Shown here: positions 1 to 12,944 of the stretch, piece by piece | Numbering within the stretch: position 1 is the first letter of the stretch | How the letters are laid out: each line of letters starts with the position of its first letter | NCBI GenBank assembly: GCA_904063045.1 | Contig: CAJFCJ010000010.1 | Location: forward strand, 1,364,001 to 1,428,000 | Length of the DNA stretch: 64,000 nt | Direction of reading: 5' to 3' | Origin: Dimorphilus gyrociliatus | Taxonomy: Eukaryota > Animalia > Annelida | Made by a program: the position numbers and the translations under genes | Notes under the pieces: generated by a model | Databases searched by the model: none | The model's input: only the letters and a program-made list of their open reading frames with translations | Told to the model about the DNA's origin: nothing

Positions 1-1875
1 TATATTCGCCTACACTCTATTTGAACAGTACTAACCAATATGTTGTAACTCGAAGTTATTAATTATATCAATCATAAGAGTATATGTTTAGACTTCTATC
101 ATCAAAGACAAATTGTCAGACCTATAATTAAATGGTATTTAAAAAAATAAAACGACAGGAAAAATGAAGAGTGGGAAGAGGAAAAGAATATGTGAAAGGT
201 ATGAGTATTATTATATGAGTTTACAAAGTTGCATGCTTAGTTTGCATTGAGGTTGTGACTACATGCGTTTTCCATCACTAATTACTTGCAGTCGAATGGG
301 TATCCGCCCTATTTCGCTTGATAAAAAAGAAAATTTTTATCATCTTAGTTGAGATTAAGTTTTATGAATAGATACTTAATCATTTTAAAATTATTGAATA
401 TAAAAAATATAGTGAAAAGAGTAAATTTTTTCTATAAATAACAACACAAAAACACAAAAGAAACAAAAGAAAAAAACAACATTAACAACAAAAAAAAAAA
501 GAAAAGTATTTGTCGGATTCATTTTATTAATTTTATACCACTGAATTAAAGGAAATCCGCTCTGACTTACTGCTTTCTTCTCTCACCAAATAAACATAGA
601 CGCTTCCTTGAATTCATTCTGACATATCAAATGAGGAATAAAATTATAAACTTACGCATAAACTACGATTTATCGTCTTTTCTCCCTTCAATTTTTCTCT
701 AACATATATTTAATATATTAATTATATTATATCCTACTTCAAATAAATACAATTGTATATATCATTTTATGTTTAATATAAACATAGTTGTAATCGAAGT
801 CAAGTTTGTCTGTTTTCTATAAACTCCTTTGTAATCTATATAAGGTATATACATTTACATTCATATCGTATATTTTAAGGGCAATTTAAGCTTTATTACA
901 TTAACTCTTATACAATTATACTCTTTTAGTTCATTTATGTGCATTTCTTTTTTAAATAGATTCATTTTACATCATCTCTTTTAAGGTTTTCTTTTTAATT
1001 TAAGCATTAAAAGACACAATTACTTTACTTGTCAGTGCCTTTTCCGCTCCTTGAGTTCAACTTTATTAAATTATTAATGGTAATTCAAATTTTTTCTTTT
1101 AACTCTTCCTTCATAGATCCATTAGATGGCTCTGTAATGCTATTTTCAATGAATGAGGTAAAGGAAAAACAAAAATTTATTATCAAGATAACATATATTG
1201 ACCGTAAGATGGCGCTATTAATCATTTTTTAATGAAAATTGAGCGCTATCTTTCTTTTTTTGGGTTTTTCAGATGAAATATCTAAACGAACTTTTATTTA
1301 AATTTCATGAAAGGATCAAAAAGGGAGAAAAGGTAAGAAGAAGAATCTTGAAAGTATATGAATTGTTTACTTTCAATTATTAAGGAACAGTAAAGTATAT
1401 ACCTTAATTATAAACAGAAAGAAAGAAAGCCTAAAGCAATCAATTTTAAACGACTTTCATGATAAAGTAAAAATAATAAAGAGTTGAAAAAGAAAAGGTG
1501 AGAAAGAGGATTGAAAACAATTTTCACCAATTACTTAGAAAGTGTGAACGGTCTGGAAAACGGGTGAAAAACTTGAATAACATTTGTTTTATATTCAATA
1601 CTTGTTTCTTTTTTTTTGATTTATTAAGAAAAATAGAAAATGTTAATATTATACAACTTTTTTCAATTGATTAGAATTGCAATAAGCTGTAATCAAAATG
1701 TAAACAAAACATAGTATATAATTAAAAAATGAATAAATAATAGAATGTATAAATAGAGCCGTAAGCAAGAGAATTGAAAGGCAGCAAAAAAGAGTAAAAG
1801 CGTTGAAAATGGAAGTAGAAGATAGATCAGCAAAATTGGTTAATTGTTTGAAGTCATAATATTTTCCTTCTAACG

Positions 1876-3348
1876 TTATTCGATGTAAATATCTTCGGTC
1901 GGATGTGCATAAGTCATATATTGTTGATAGTACTTTTTAAAGGCATCACTAAAATACAGATTCATTCATATGAAATAAAATCTTTATCTTAAAATTAGAG
2001 ATAATCATATCATACCCTATTGAATCGGCAACGCAATTCGTTGAGTCTTCTCCGTGGAAGACGTGGCAAGCAAATTTATGTTCTAAAGGATGTTTTGTGA
2101 TGAAAGCGAAATAGCGGTCATTTTCAGGTAAGCATCCACAAAATGATAAATTCTTCAGAGAATATAAATGCTCTTCACTATCTCCGCGAACTTTGCTAAG
2201 TAATCTTTCTAAGCGGCGACGAACGTCGCTTGGAGATTCAGGAGGAGTTGATCCTGCCCTCTTTAATCGTCAAAGTAGTACTCATTAGCTATTTTATTTA
2301 TTATCGGATAAAGAAACTCTTACTTTATCTAAATTAAGCATTCGGATGCCGTTTTCATTGACAATCAGCTTACAATTAGACGGCTTTGAGTTCATTTCCT
2401 TCCTAATAGCTACAACCTGTTTCAATAATAATAGTAATGATAATAATAATCTTAAGGCTTTGATAAGTTGAGTAACAACCTGAAGAATCGATTCTCTTAA
2501 GATATTTGTTCCGCGGTGCTGCTTCACCTCAACTGAACCATAATACTGCAGAAGAAACGCCCTGGATTTGATTGATGAACCATCTGGAATGTAAATATTC
2601 ACTTTATATATTTATATGTATAAGTTGTATATTAATGTTTATTTATTAATTTACAGTATTTTTGAAAGCTTACCATACAACAAACTGAGATCTGTGACGT
2701 AAGCTGCAGGAAATATACCTTTCTTTCCAGTTGTTAAATTTATACCGACGCACCAAAGGTCTTTATCTTCTTCCTGAACGTGTAAAGAGTCTCCTATCTC
2801 TATAAAAAGCTCGTCTTCATGCTTAGGAATAAATTTATGGCATCCTCTGTGAGTTGGTTGGAGTTCTTCAATACCATTTAAAGTTGAGGCATCATCTGAT
2901 TCGAATTTTTGTGAATTTTCTGGTAGGAAAGCTTCTGCTCGTGCTTTCTTCTCACTTTCCTCTGATGATGTCGAGCAAGTGCTTTTCTCTAAATCAGAAT
3001 CTGCTGCCCTCCAAAGCGGATCAGCTTCTTGAAGTTCATCACCTAAACTTTTTGTTGTTAAATCTGAGTTTATTTTACTAGTAGATTTTAATTTATTTGT
3101 CGTCCTTCTAGGGGAATTCCTTGGGGAAACTCTTTCATAAGCGTCTAGTTCTTCATTTTGAGAATCATGGGTTAGCCTGACAAATAAAAAAATTGATTAT
3201 AAATAGGAAGAAACGTATTCTACTCTAATATTTGTATATTGTTGTATTCTGCTTATATTTAGCAATCAAAGTATTCTTATTAAAAAGAAAAGATAGTATT
3301 CTCTAACCTATAACGATGTGGATTTACTGTTCCTGCGTTCATCTTCAT
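1876..3348 (-). CDS. MAPK8IP1: JNK-interacting protein 1/2-like scaffold (SH3 + PTB), about 6 exons, ~350 aa
   Basis: Manual splicing gives MKMNAGTVNPHRY|RLTHD (conserved JIP N-terminal RLTHD), SH3 THRGCHKFIPKHEDELFIEIGD...WCVGINLTTGKKGIFPAAYV, PTB FLLQYYGSVEVKQHRG...LKNLSFCGCLPENDRYFAFITKHPLEHKFACHVF and C-terminus YAHPTEDIYIE* (JIP1 ends CPTEDIYLE). GT-AG introns include 3307-3177 and 2015-1949. Confidence 0.93.
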
Positions 3349-3407
3349 TTTGCAGGCCACCAGCCCGAAATCAATAAACTTCAGACATTAGATAATTTAT
3401 TTCAATT

Positions 3408-3421
3408 GCGCCATCTACCGG
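3408..3421 (-). promoter_or_regulatory. CTCF-like motif CCGGTAGATGGCGC ~60 bp upstream of the JIP1 ATG
   Basis: Matches the bilaterian CTCF core CCnnYAGRKGGCRS; the AGATGGCG core also resembles a YY1 site. Confidence 0.5.
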
Positions 3422-3649
3422 CTAATTGCCACTGTTTCTCCAAATATTAGGACCGAATTTAAAAAAAAATTAGATTTACGAATAGCGTCCCTTGAAATTT
3501 CAAAAGTTTCATTTTATTTATAAACTTTTCAACATATTATGAAAGGAAAAATTTCAAAATTTGTTTAATAAATCAAGTGTTTAGTATGAATTTTTTTACT
3601 GTATGAAGAATCGCTTGTTAGGTTAGAATTTGTCATTAGTAGTCGCTTT

Positions 3650-4919
3650 TTAATTAAGGGTGCACACATAATGAATAAATCTTCGGAATATTGGATTACC
3701 GGATTCTTCGCAGTGAGTATCTTCATTACTTGGTTGATATTCTGGTACTAAGACCTTAAATCCAACTCCTTCAAGTATTTTGATAGCGTCTTTCTTATTT
3801 AAACCCAATCCAACGGTATGTTCTTTGTTAAATTCGGCAGTTGGACCAAAACAAAATAAATCGTTAAATTTAGAAAATATTGTTGACACGTCACCAACGA
3901 AATCTCTGTCGAATCCATCAACGCCACCTTCAAATAGCGAAAAAGTTCCGTCCGGTTTCAAAACCTTCACAAACTGCTGCAAAGCTGTCATGGGCTTTTT
4001 CACATGATGCAACATCCTAGAAGCATGAACATAATCAAATTTTCCTGTCCATTCTTCAGGCAAAGCCAAAACGTCCGCAACTGAAAAGCTTACATTCTTT
4101 AATCCTAGTTCTTTGACCTCTTTATTGGCATCTTCAATGGCTTCTGCAAATGGATCAGCTCCTTGGAAAGTAGAATTGGGAAATTGTTTCGCCAAGGTTA
4201 TGAACAAATGACCATTTCCACATCCAAGATCCAGAGCATTTATGCCTTTTTCTAGACGCTGAACTAAATTAGGAACACTTTCGTAAGTTTTTTTAACTTT
4301 GCTCCAGTCTGGAATTTTCGGATGAACGTGCTTATGGCCATGACCATGCTTACTTTTATGACCATGTCCATGTCCTTCACCTTCACCTTCACCTTCGCTT
4401 TCTGTACACATATATCACGTAATTATGTGAAAAAAAATTATCAAAAAAAATCCAACCTGCATTTGCTCTCATTCTTGCTGTATGAGGATCAAATTCGTAA
4501 CCGTCCGGTCCATTAATTTTCATGCATGCAATTAATTTTGGCACCAACTTGCTGTACTCAGGTGTCATTAACATGAATTGTGTACCAAATCCATTTACCA
4601 AAGTTTTTTTTCGGTATTCAGGTAGAGTGTACTTTTCTGGTACCTCATTATTTATTGAGTCGATTATGCCTCCAGAAACCATTAAACTTAGCCATTCTTT
4701 CAAATAATGTTCTTTAACTTTGGCCTTTTGTCCCAATTCCTCACATGTGAATTTACCAGTACTTAATATTTCTAACAACTTCAGTTTGGATCCAATAACA
4801 ATTCCCAGGCCTGTAAATGTTGAAGTCAAAATGCCGTTAATACGGTCGTCAAAAGCTTTCATTTTTCCATCATCATCTAAATTTGGAGAACAATCTGGAT
4901 ACGAAAGTTTATTCGACAT
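3650..4919 (-). CDS. Class I SAM-dependent methyltransferase, Rv2258c-like (N-terminal winged helix + methyltransferase domain), 2 exons
   Basis: The two track ORFs join in frame across a 55-nt GT-AG intron (4456-4402: GCAG|GTTGGA...GTACAG|AAAGC). N-domain EELGQKAKVKEHYLKEWLSLMVSGGII...YTLPE resembles the Rv2258c wHTH; SAM motif ALDLGCGNG, GADPF, GKFDYVHASRMLHH...KVLKPDGTFSLFE. Confidence 0.88.
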
Positions 4920-5360
4920 GCTTGCTTTACGTTTTATGTTATTCGCTAAATGAAGGTAAAATAAATGACCGTATCTGAATTTATTTAATCAACTTACAAA
5001 TTTCCGGTATTTATAAGCAAAAAATCAGTAAAACACACATTACAACACGTTTACCAGCTTTTTTGATAGCTAGGTTAGAGCTCCAGAGGAAAAATTATAG
5101 AAATAAATCAAAGAGGGAAGTCCGGATTTTTATTTGGGCGGCAAGATTAATTCTTTTAATTCTTTATCCAATTTAATTATATCAGAAAAGTTCACTTATC
5201 AATAGGATTAATAATAAAATTCAGTAAACAATTTATAGCATTATATAAATAATATTCACTTTTTCCTTCACTACAAAGAACTAGATTGGACATTTATAAA
5301 AAAAAAATCCCCAAATACTGTATATTCTAAAATTAACATACGATATATACTGTTTATATA

Positions 5361-5365
<5 letters not shown>

Positions 5366-5404
<39 letters not shown>
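5366..5404. repeat. (TA)n microsatellite
   Basis: About 19 uninterrupted TA units, preceded by TATACTG. Confidence 0.95.
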
Positions 5405-5406
<2 letters not shown>

Positions 5407-5490
5407 ATATAGATATTTTAATATGCAAACAAGAAAGCAGAGAAAGTTAGTTGTTTTTGTTTTTTTAAAGAAACTCAGAAAGAAAATAAG

Positions 5491-7668
5491 TTAATTCTTT
5501 GGCTTGTCAGCTCTAAATACAGCCTCACGGAGATCGTTAACGTCCAAATGTCCGGCGGAAGCTCTTGCAATAGCACCTCGAACTGTTAACTGAGGTCCAA
5601 CAGAACTTGGTCTTCTTACAGGGACAGTACCAATAACTATTTCCAATGGGACTTCTAACTCTTTCCCCGGACCTTTTGGGACGACGATAAGCTGTGATAG
5701 ATTATAAAGAATTAATAGGTTAAAATCCAGCTTTAGGTAGTGAAATATGAAAAAAATTTTCAAAATATTTTTAGTCCAATGAAAATACACAAGAATATGA
5801 AATTCTGAAATATCTAGGCACCTATGTTTATTCAAGTGTCGCATAAGCAAAAAAGATATAATATGTTTATAGCAAATGTTTATACTTATACATAGGATGA
5901 CTTGAAACAGTTACAGTCTATGTTCTATTTTTATATGATTTTCTTTCAATATTAAAAAAAATTCCAAGAAATTAAGCATTGTATTTACCGTTAGGATATA
6001 GCGAACATCGATAAACTTGCATCCAGCTCCTAAGTGGGATGGAACTACGGGCGGAATATCAGTTATCTCTCCAACCCAACTTTCAGTTCCCGCACCAATT
6101 TCTTTATTCCTTGAAACACCTTTGAGAGGTGTTGAATGTCGTCTGGTTTGTTTATCGGCCTTATAAATGACTTGTTGGCTGAGAATAATTCGTGCTGATT
6201 TTACTCTCGCTCCACTCTCATTTTTGATAATAGCTGTAAAGGGCACAGATAGGCCCGGGGCAGTAGACCGCCTATCAACAGATAAGGAAGCGGATATTCG
6301 TCCTGATTTAAAACAAAATAGACCCGGTGTTGTTTCGCCAGCATTCTCAGCTGCTTTCTGTTAAAGATCATCATCTTAAGTTATATCTCTTTATATATAT
6401 TTATGCAATAAGAAAATAATACTTAAAAAAAATCAAAACTGTTATATTGTGAAGCTATTACACTGTAATCACAGTTTTCAAGATGACCTTATAAACATTC
6501 ATCTTACAAAACTTTGGTTATCATGGCTATCTGTAGTCTTTCCAAGCATCTCAACAGGTTTTAAATTTCTCAAGACCTAACGTACGTCCAAAACAAACAA
6601 ATCGACTACTATTTACTCTAGATCAAGTTTTTTCACTTGCACTTTTCTTAAACGTATATAAAATAAATCCTTTGTTTTCAATCATACTCTATTAATATTA
6701 CAAAAAACAAAAACAAAATTCTAGTATTCACCTTTGCATCAGGATCAGCATTCAAATCCAAAATGCCTTTTACATTGAATGCCTTTACTGCTTCAATGTT
6801 GTCCTTCCCGAAGGGTCTCTCTATAACCACTTTTGCCCAGTATTGAACTCTCCCGAACTGGCCGTCGAAAGAGGCTGGAGCAAATGGAGGTAGTCTAACT
6901 TTGAAACGATGCGTATGTTTTCCACTTGGAAGATGACCGTCTGGTCTACATAAAATTATCGTTTCGTCCATATATATTTCAGCATCTTTGTGGGATAAAG
7001 TACTGGCCGAGCCCTTTGTATATGCCCTTTTCTCATCCCAATGACACCTTGCTAAACCATGTATGTTAAGCTTGATAGCTGTTTTGGCGTTGAAGATTAT
7101 CAGATTATTTAAAGCTATGTATGTATTTTTTTGAAGGAGAAATTCATAAATTCCACATTCAAAAGATAATATTTAATTAACCTACAAAAATTAGGTGGTA
7201 ATTAGAAAATTTACAGAATCAAGACTTTGAAGGCCAATTGCTTTTATTCAGTTGATTTTTCCACGAAATACTGGCATTATGGCACTTTAATGAGCCTACG
7301 AGTAACTTTTTGCAGATGTTATTTTCGTCTTTATTTCCTTCGTGACGTCATCATCTTCCTCAAAGTATGTAATTAGCATTTAGTTATATGAACAATACAA
7401 AAAGTAGCAGTATAAAATCTCATATCAATTATTACACCACTTCAATGTTTCTTTTTTTTTCTTTTTTTTATCTCATAAAAAGTATTAATCAACTCAACGA
7501 AAAAAGGAAATTAGTTGGAAAAGATGAAACACTATTATAGCTATTACCTTTTGCTTTAATATCTGAGTTTGTAACGATTACAACTCCTCCTGAAACCTCG
7601 CCACCAGCTGAAAAAGTAGCTGAAGCTTCGGAGAAGAATATCTCCAATACACGTACGTCCTTCGCCAT
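5491..7668 (-). CDS. ARRDC: Alpha-arrestin (arrestin domain-containing protein), 4 exons
   Basis: MAKDVRVLEIFFSEASATFSAGGEVSGGVVIV|AIKLNIHGLARCHW...HRFKVRLPPFAPASFDGQFGRVQYWAKVVIERP...|SGRISASLSVD...FTAIIKNES...IPPVVPSHL...IDVRYIL|...EVPLEIVIGTVP. Arrestin_N and Arrestin_C signatures with GT-AG junctions. Confidence 0.9.
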
Positions 7669-10138
7669 ACTGCAACTGGCCAAAACAACACCGCAACAGC
7701 AGCGGCGCGCAACCGATCAAAAAATAAAAGGCCTGCCTTAGAAAATGCTTCGCACCTGCTTATAACTTGTGTGAATTTTTCAGATCGTCTTTCCATGAAA
7801 ACTAAATTTATTATACGGCATTCTTGACTAGGGCAGGCTTATCTGTCAATTAAGTTTTCACAAAATTTCATTACATAGGCTTAGAGTAACTGCAAACTCT
7901 TAAGTTTCCTACACAATAACCTATTCCAGCACATTCTCCGTATATTTATTTATAAATATGCTTCTATATATACTGTATATATATATATATATGTTTGTAT
8001 GTGTATGTGTATGTCACGTGATATACAGCTTATTTCATATTTTTGCAAATAAATTGCTTTAAGAACTACTTAACATACTCGTATACGAAGATACCCTCTT
8101 CAAATATATATATATACAAAGTATGGCAATAAATTAAATACTAATATGTTCTTTTCAACAGAGAAAAGTTTAACTTGTAACATCAATAAAGCCTATATCA
8201 AACGATTACTGGAATAGGGAAATCGTTCTCTGTTTAACGTAGTATATACAAGTAATCAATCAGTACAGTGCACTCTTCATACTTCTCTTAACAAATTTTA
8301 TAAACTATATGTTACCACTTATCACTTAAAATTATATGATTAATGTCCATTACTTTGCGAGAAGGTAAAGTTCAAAAAGAAAACTTTAATCACAATAAGA
8401 ATTTTGAACTTAATAAAATCAAAAATTGCTTAAGAGAGTATTTCCATGAATCAGCTTTTAAGCTAAGTACAACCTCAAGTACACTTATTCTTAGTTGCTG
8501 CAGTTTTTAATAACAATAAGGAATGAAAACGTAATATTTAAATAATAGAAATCTTCAAAATCATAGTAATATAAGAGGAAAAAGAATAGATAAGCTTTGT
8601 TTCCCTCTCCCTTCCCCCTCCCTTCCCTCAATTGATAGTTTGCTTGTAAATAGTAGATAAGCTTGTGAGAAAAAAACCCTAGTATCTTTTTCTTTTAAAT
8701 ATGTAATTAGATAAATAAAGACTCAACTGATTGACTTCAATTTTAATCCAAGTGCATAGATAATTTTAATCTGTAAGATCTTCTTTCAAAGTCTAACATT
8801 ATTTCTCTTTTACAATATTACAGTTAACAGAAGGAGAAAAAAGAGAGTAATGCTACAGATTGTTTTTAATGTATACTACGAGTATACAGCCCATACGTAT
8901 TATATATATATATGTGTATTATAACCTTTAGATTTCAATTTATTGCTAGCTCAAGAGAATGGAAATCCCAAAAGAAAAAACATAAGAAAAAAAAAACAAA
9001 ACAAAATATAAAAAACAAGATTGTAAAACTCTACCTGAACACATCAGACCAATGAGAGAAAAGATTAACAAAACATTTGGTGTTAAATTCTAAGGCTTTG
9101 TTTTTATTTTAACTCTTTTCTATTATGCCTGTTTATTCTAAGTTTGTTGGAAAATCAACTTTTTTTCTTTAAAAAGTTTCACAGCAGTTAAAATTAACTA
9201 ATCACCTAATAAATAAACTTTATTTAAAAAAAAATATATGTGAAGGCCTATAATATGGAATATATTTATTGCCAACGCCCTGTAATCCGAATCAGGCCAG
9301 ATGAGTGGGTATTAATATTTCCTGCGTATATTTTACGAATTTTAATTATAATCTGGTTGTTTCCTTTTGCCTTAAACTTTCATTTAATATCGATACGTTG
9401 GTGTTTATTTATATAAAGTAAGAGAGAAAGTAATGTATTAGGCCATTTTAGAAATTATTTAAATTTTACTTTTTAAAGAGAAATTGAAAAATGTTTAACT
9501 AGAAAAGTTTAGAAGACTGTGGATGGAAGAAGATAAAATATCGATAAGAAGTTACTCAGTCCATTAGGCTTTAACTCAAAAAAATTAGTTTATCGTATAG
9601 GCTGATGTTCTAAGGAAAACAGATTTCTTATTGCAATTCGGATATTTGGAAGGTAATGTGTTGTAAACAAATTTTCTCTTTACACCTAAGGAAGTGCAAC
9701 TTTCAGGTTTTTATAATCAAATTATGTATCTGAATGAGTCGCTAGAGGGAGCTATTTATCCTTAGTAAGTTTTGTAATAGACTCATCTCAAAATAGCGTA
9801 ATAAATAATAATAAATGAATATACAAGAAAATATAAATTGTTTATAGGCAAAGGATAAATAACATATGTATCCTTTTTACCTAATTCTCTTTACTATCTT
9901 AAGGAAAAACTCTTTCTAAACGTTCGTAGTTGAAATAAAAGTAAGTCTAGCATAGATTCCCTCTTTTTCTATTTACCCAATATGTATTATGTAACCAATT
10001 AAGTTAATTTTTTACTTAAATTAACAATTAAAAAAATCTCAATAGTATTTCATAAAAATTAAGCTATTTTCTCTTTCTCATTGTTGTAGTTATGTTTCGG
10101 AATGGTAAAAGTTTATGAACAAAGCTGGTAAGTCTTCT

Positions 10139-11597
10139 TTAAACTCTGTTTTCCAAGGCTCTAAGCATTGACGAGATTTGAAGTATAACAACATGAATAT
10201 CTGGTCTGTCTTCGGCGTTAATATGAAGCATATCATTAATTAGACGCTTTAACCCGTCGGAATATGGCCAATCAGTCGGAAATTTTATTCGTCCAGCAAG
10301 AACAGCTAGAGCAATACTATCTCCCTTGCAATATGTTTCATCAAAAGGAGATTCTCCACAGCATATAGCATAGAGTGTACATCCCAAAGACCAAATGTCG
10401 GTTTTCTCGCTTATTCCACTGCCGATTTGCACGTTGAATAGTTCTGGGGGTCTGATGGGGTTAGGCACGTTCTGGAAGTTATTGATCGAACTCGAAAGAA
10501 CAGAAAGAGCCAGAGAAATATTTGATATTTTCAGTTTTAATCATTCTCTGACTCTCTCTTTCTTTCCAACCCTTTCCTATCTAATTATAAAAAATATTCT
10601 GATAATTTTAGTACTTAGAAAAGATTATGTAAAAAAAGATTATTATTTTGGGGAAATATTTCTCATAAAGTCTTTTGCAAATCTCTTCAACTGGTATATT
10701 CTTAGCCACAGGTGCCAAAACATATTTTCTTTACTTGTTTATTTGAAATCTTTCAACTTAATTTCCCAAACCATTTTTATAAATATTTCGTGTTTAACTA
10801 TTTTTAGTGCGGCAACACCTGAAAATTATACTCATAGATTTCGTGTTTTGTGTTACACAAATAGGAAAGGGTCGTTTCTAATTAATTATTAAATATTTAT
10901 GTTTTCCAGAACGCTACCTATAAGGCATTGAGCATCTCTCGTTTACTTCATCTTGAATCACAAGAGCTTGCCGACTGTTGTCGATGACAGGTCTGGAAAG
11001 AGCAGCTGATCCTAAATCCATTAAAATCGCCTCCTCTTCGTCAGTTAGTAGAACGTTATGGGGTTTCAAGTCTCTGTGTGCTACAGAAGGATTCAAAGTA
11101 TGTAAGGCGCAAACACCCTCGCATATCTGTTCAAATAATGAGAGAACTTCCACTTCACCAAGAAATTCTCCTCTTTTTCTTATCCTTAATACATGATCGA
11201 ATAGAGTGCCCCTACGATAGAAAGGCATGACTAATAAGGCCTCGGATTGAGGAGAGTTTGGTCCTTGATAACCTGAAAGTTTTTTTACAATTGTATATTA
11301 ATGTAAAAAAAATTCAATTCGCTAATATAAACTAAAGATACCCTTAAATGGCACTAATTCCGAACATTCCAGTGAAATTATTCGTTCATGCTTTACCCGT
11401 TTCATAAAATCAATTTCCTTTGCAGCTATCTCTTCATCCTTTACATTGTGACAATTAATACGTTTCAAAGCGAATAAATTGGAATTATCATCTTCAATCA
11501 AATCAATCCGACTGAATCCCCCTTCAGCTAAATGTGATCTGATGTAAAACTTTCTATTGTCGACATATATCGTTTCTTTACCACAAATACAACCCAT
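10139..11597 (-). CDS. STK16: Serine/threonine kinase 16 (NAK family), 3 exons
   Basis: N-terminal lipidation motif MGCICGK, LAEGGFS Gly-loop, FALKRI, HRDLKPHNVLL, DLGS, CSMPYR|PPELFNV, TDIWSLGCTLYAICCGESPF, GDSIALAV. Confidence 0.93.
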
Positions 11598-12944
11598 AGA
11601 TAACCTCTTCAACAGCTGCCACATTCGAAATTTGGAATAGTTATTGGCGCGTTTTTATATTCTATAATTTATTTGTTTCGATCGAATTGAAAGAACCGCC
11701 CAAAATTATGTGTCGACCGTTTAGTATGGTTTCAATTCCGATTTCTGTTAAAAGAAAGTTTCTTTAAAAGTCTATTACTTCTTTCCTAGCAATTCACAGA
11801 ACTAACTTGATTAATATCTAAAAAATGATTTTATGTTAAAAATAACTAATAAAGCCTATGCAAATATAAACAAGATATTATTTCTATTACATAAATCCCT
11901 TCTTTTTTTTTATAAAAAGAAACCAACTAAAACCAAGGCGAACATAATTGGAAGCGGTTTCAGAGATAAGAAACAACTAACAATGTAGCCATAATTACTT
12001 TCTGAGAAAGATTTCCTTAGTTATTTCAGATTAGTCTTATCAACATTCTACAGCTAAAGTTAATCCATACAATTTCTTGACTTTTTTAATTAGACAGTAT
12101 TTCTTTTCAATAATTGGATATCAAAATTGGTTCTCCAGAGAATCATCCAGTAAAAGAAAAAACCCTTACCAATAAATTATAAGATAACCTATTGAAAAAA
12201 GATATTTATCTACTAAACAAAACTGGAAAAAGAAAATTGATTAAAAATAACTTTATTCCAGTAATTAACTAGATTAAATATGTGAAACAACTAAATAGTT
12301 TAAATGTATTTTGCACTTGATAATCTAAAAAGATATTATTCCTTAGCAGTTAGAAAATAGCAACATATTAATAGACTAGTCAAATTTGAACAGCTATTAA
12401 TAAAATTGTTTAACTAGTAAAAAATAGCCTACTAACACTTTTCTATTAAGAGAAGAAAGTAAGAGTAGAAAATAATCAAGAATTGAAAGAATATACACTT
12501 CTTTTTATCTTTGTATACCGTATTCTGAATATTAAAAGCTATAGGAATAATAAATAGATCAAGAAATCTTAGCATTCTAGAATGTTTATTGAGTGTTGAG
12601 GAAAATTTTACTAAGCCTATTAAAATTTTTGATATTAGATCATTTTTTTTCTTTTATTAAAATAATAGGTAAAATGCTACTATAAGAACAATAGAAAATT
12701 TGTAATAAATATGCTACTAATTAATTATTTTAACAATAGGGAAAGAGGAAATTGAAGAAAGTTCGATAGCACTTTATTCGAAACTTGTTTTCCATCTATA
12801 AAAAACCTTTCAAGTTCACGTCATAATTACCTGGTCAACAAGGCCCTACGATACTAATCTCTAAGTACTCGATAAAATCCCAATTGTGTATTCAATGGAT
12901 TGGCCTGTATACAACTATTAAGCGCATTTGCGAGTTTTAGAAGT

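Noticed and set aside
246-260. TCACAACCTC on the minus strand resembling the 5' end of miR-67/307
   Set aside because: The match is only 10 nt and I see no precursor hairpin.
560-1335. Isolated exon-like segments (minus 569-619; plus 1273-1332 MKYLNELLFKFHERIKKGEK|GTAAG)
   Set aside because: They could not be connected into a gene model and have no recognisable homology; they may belong to genes outside the window.
4389-4456. Apparent frameshift or programmed recoding between the two methyltransferase ORFs
   Set aside because: A canonical 55-nt GT-AG intron restores the frame.
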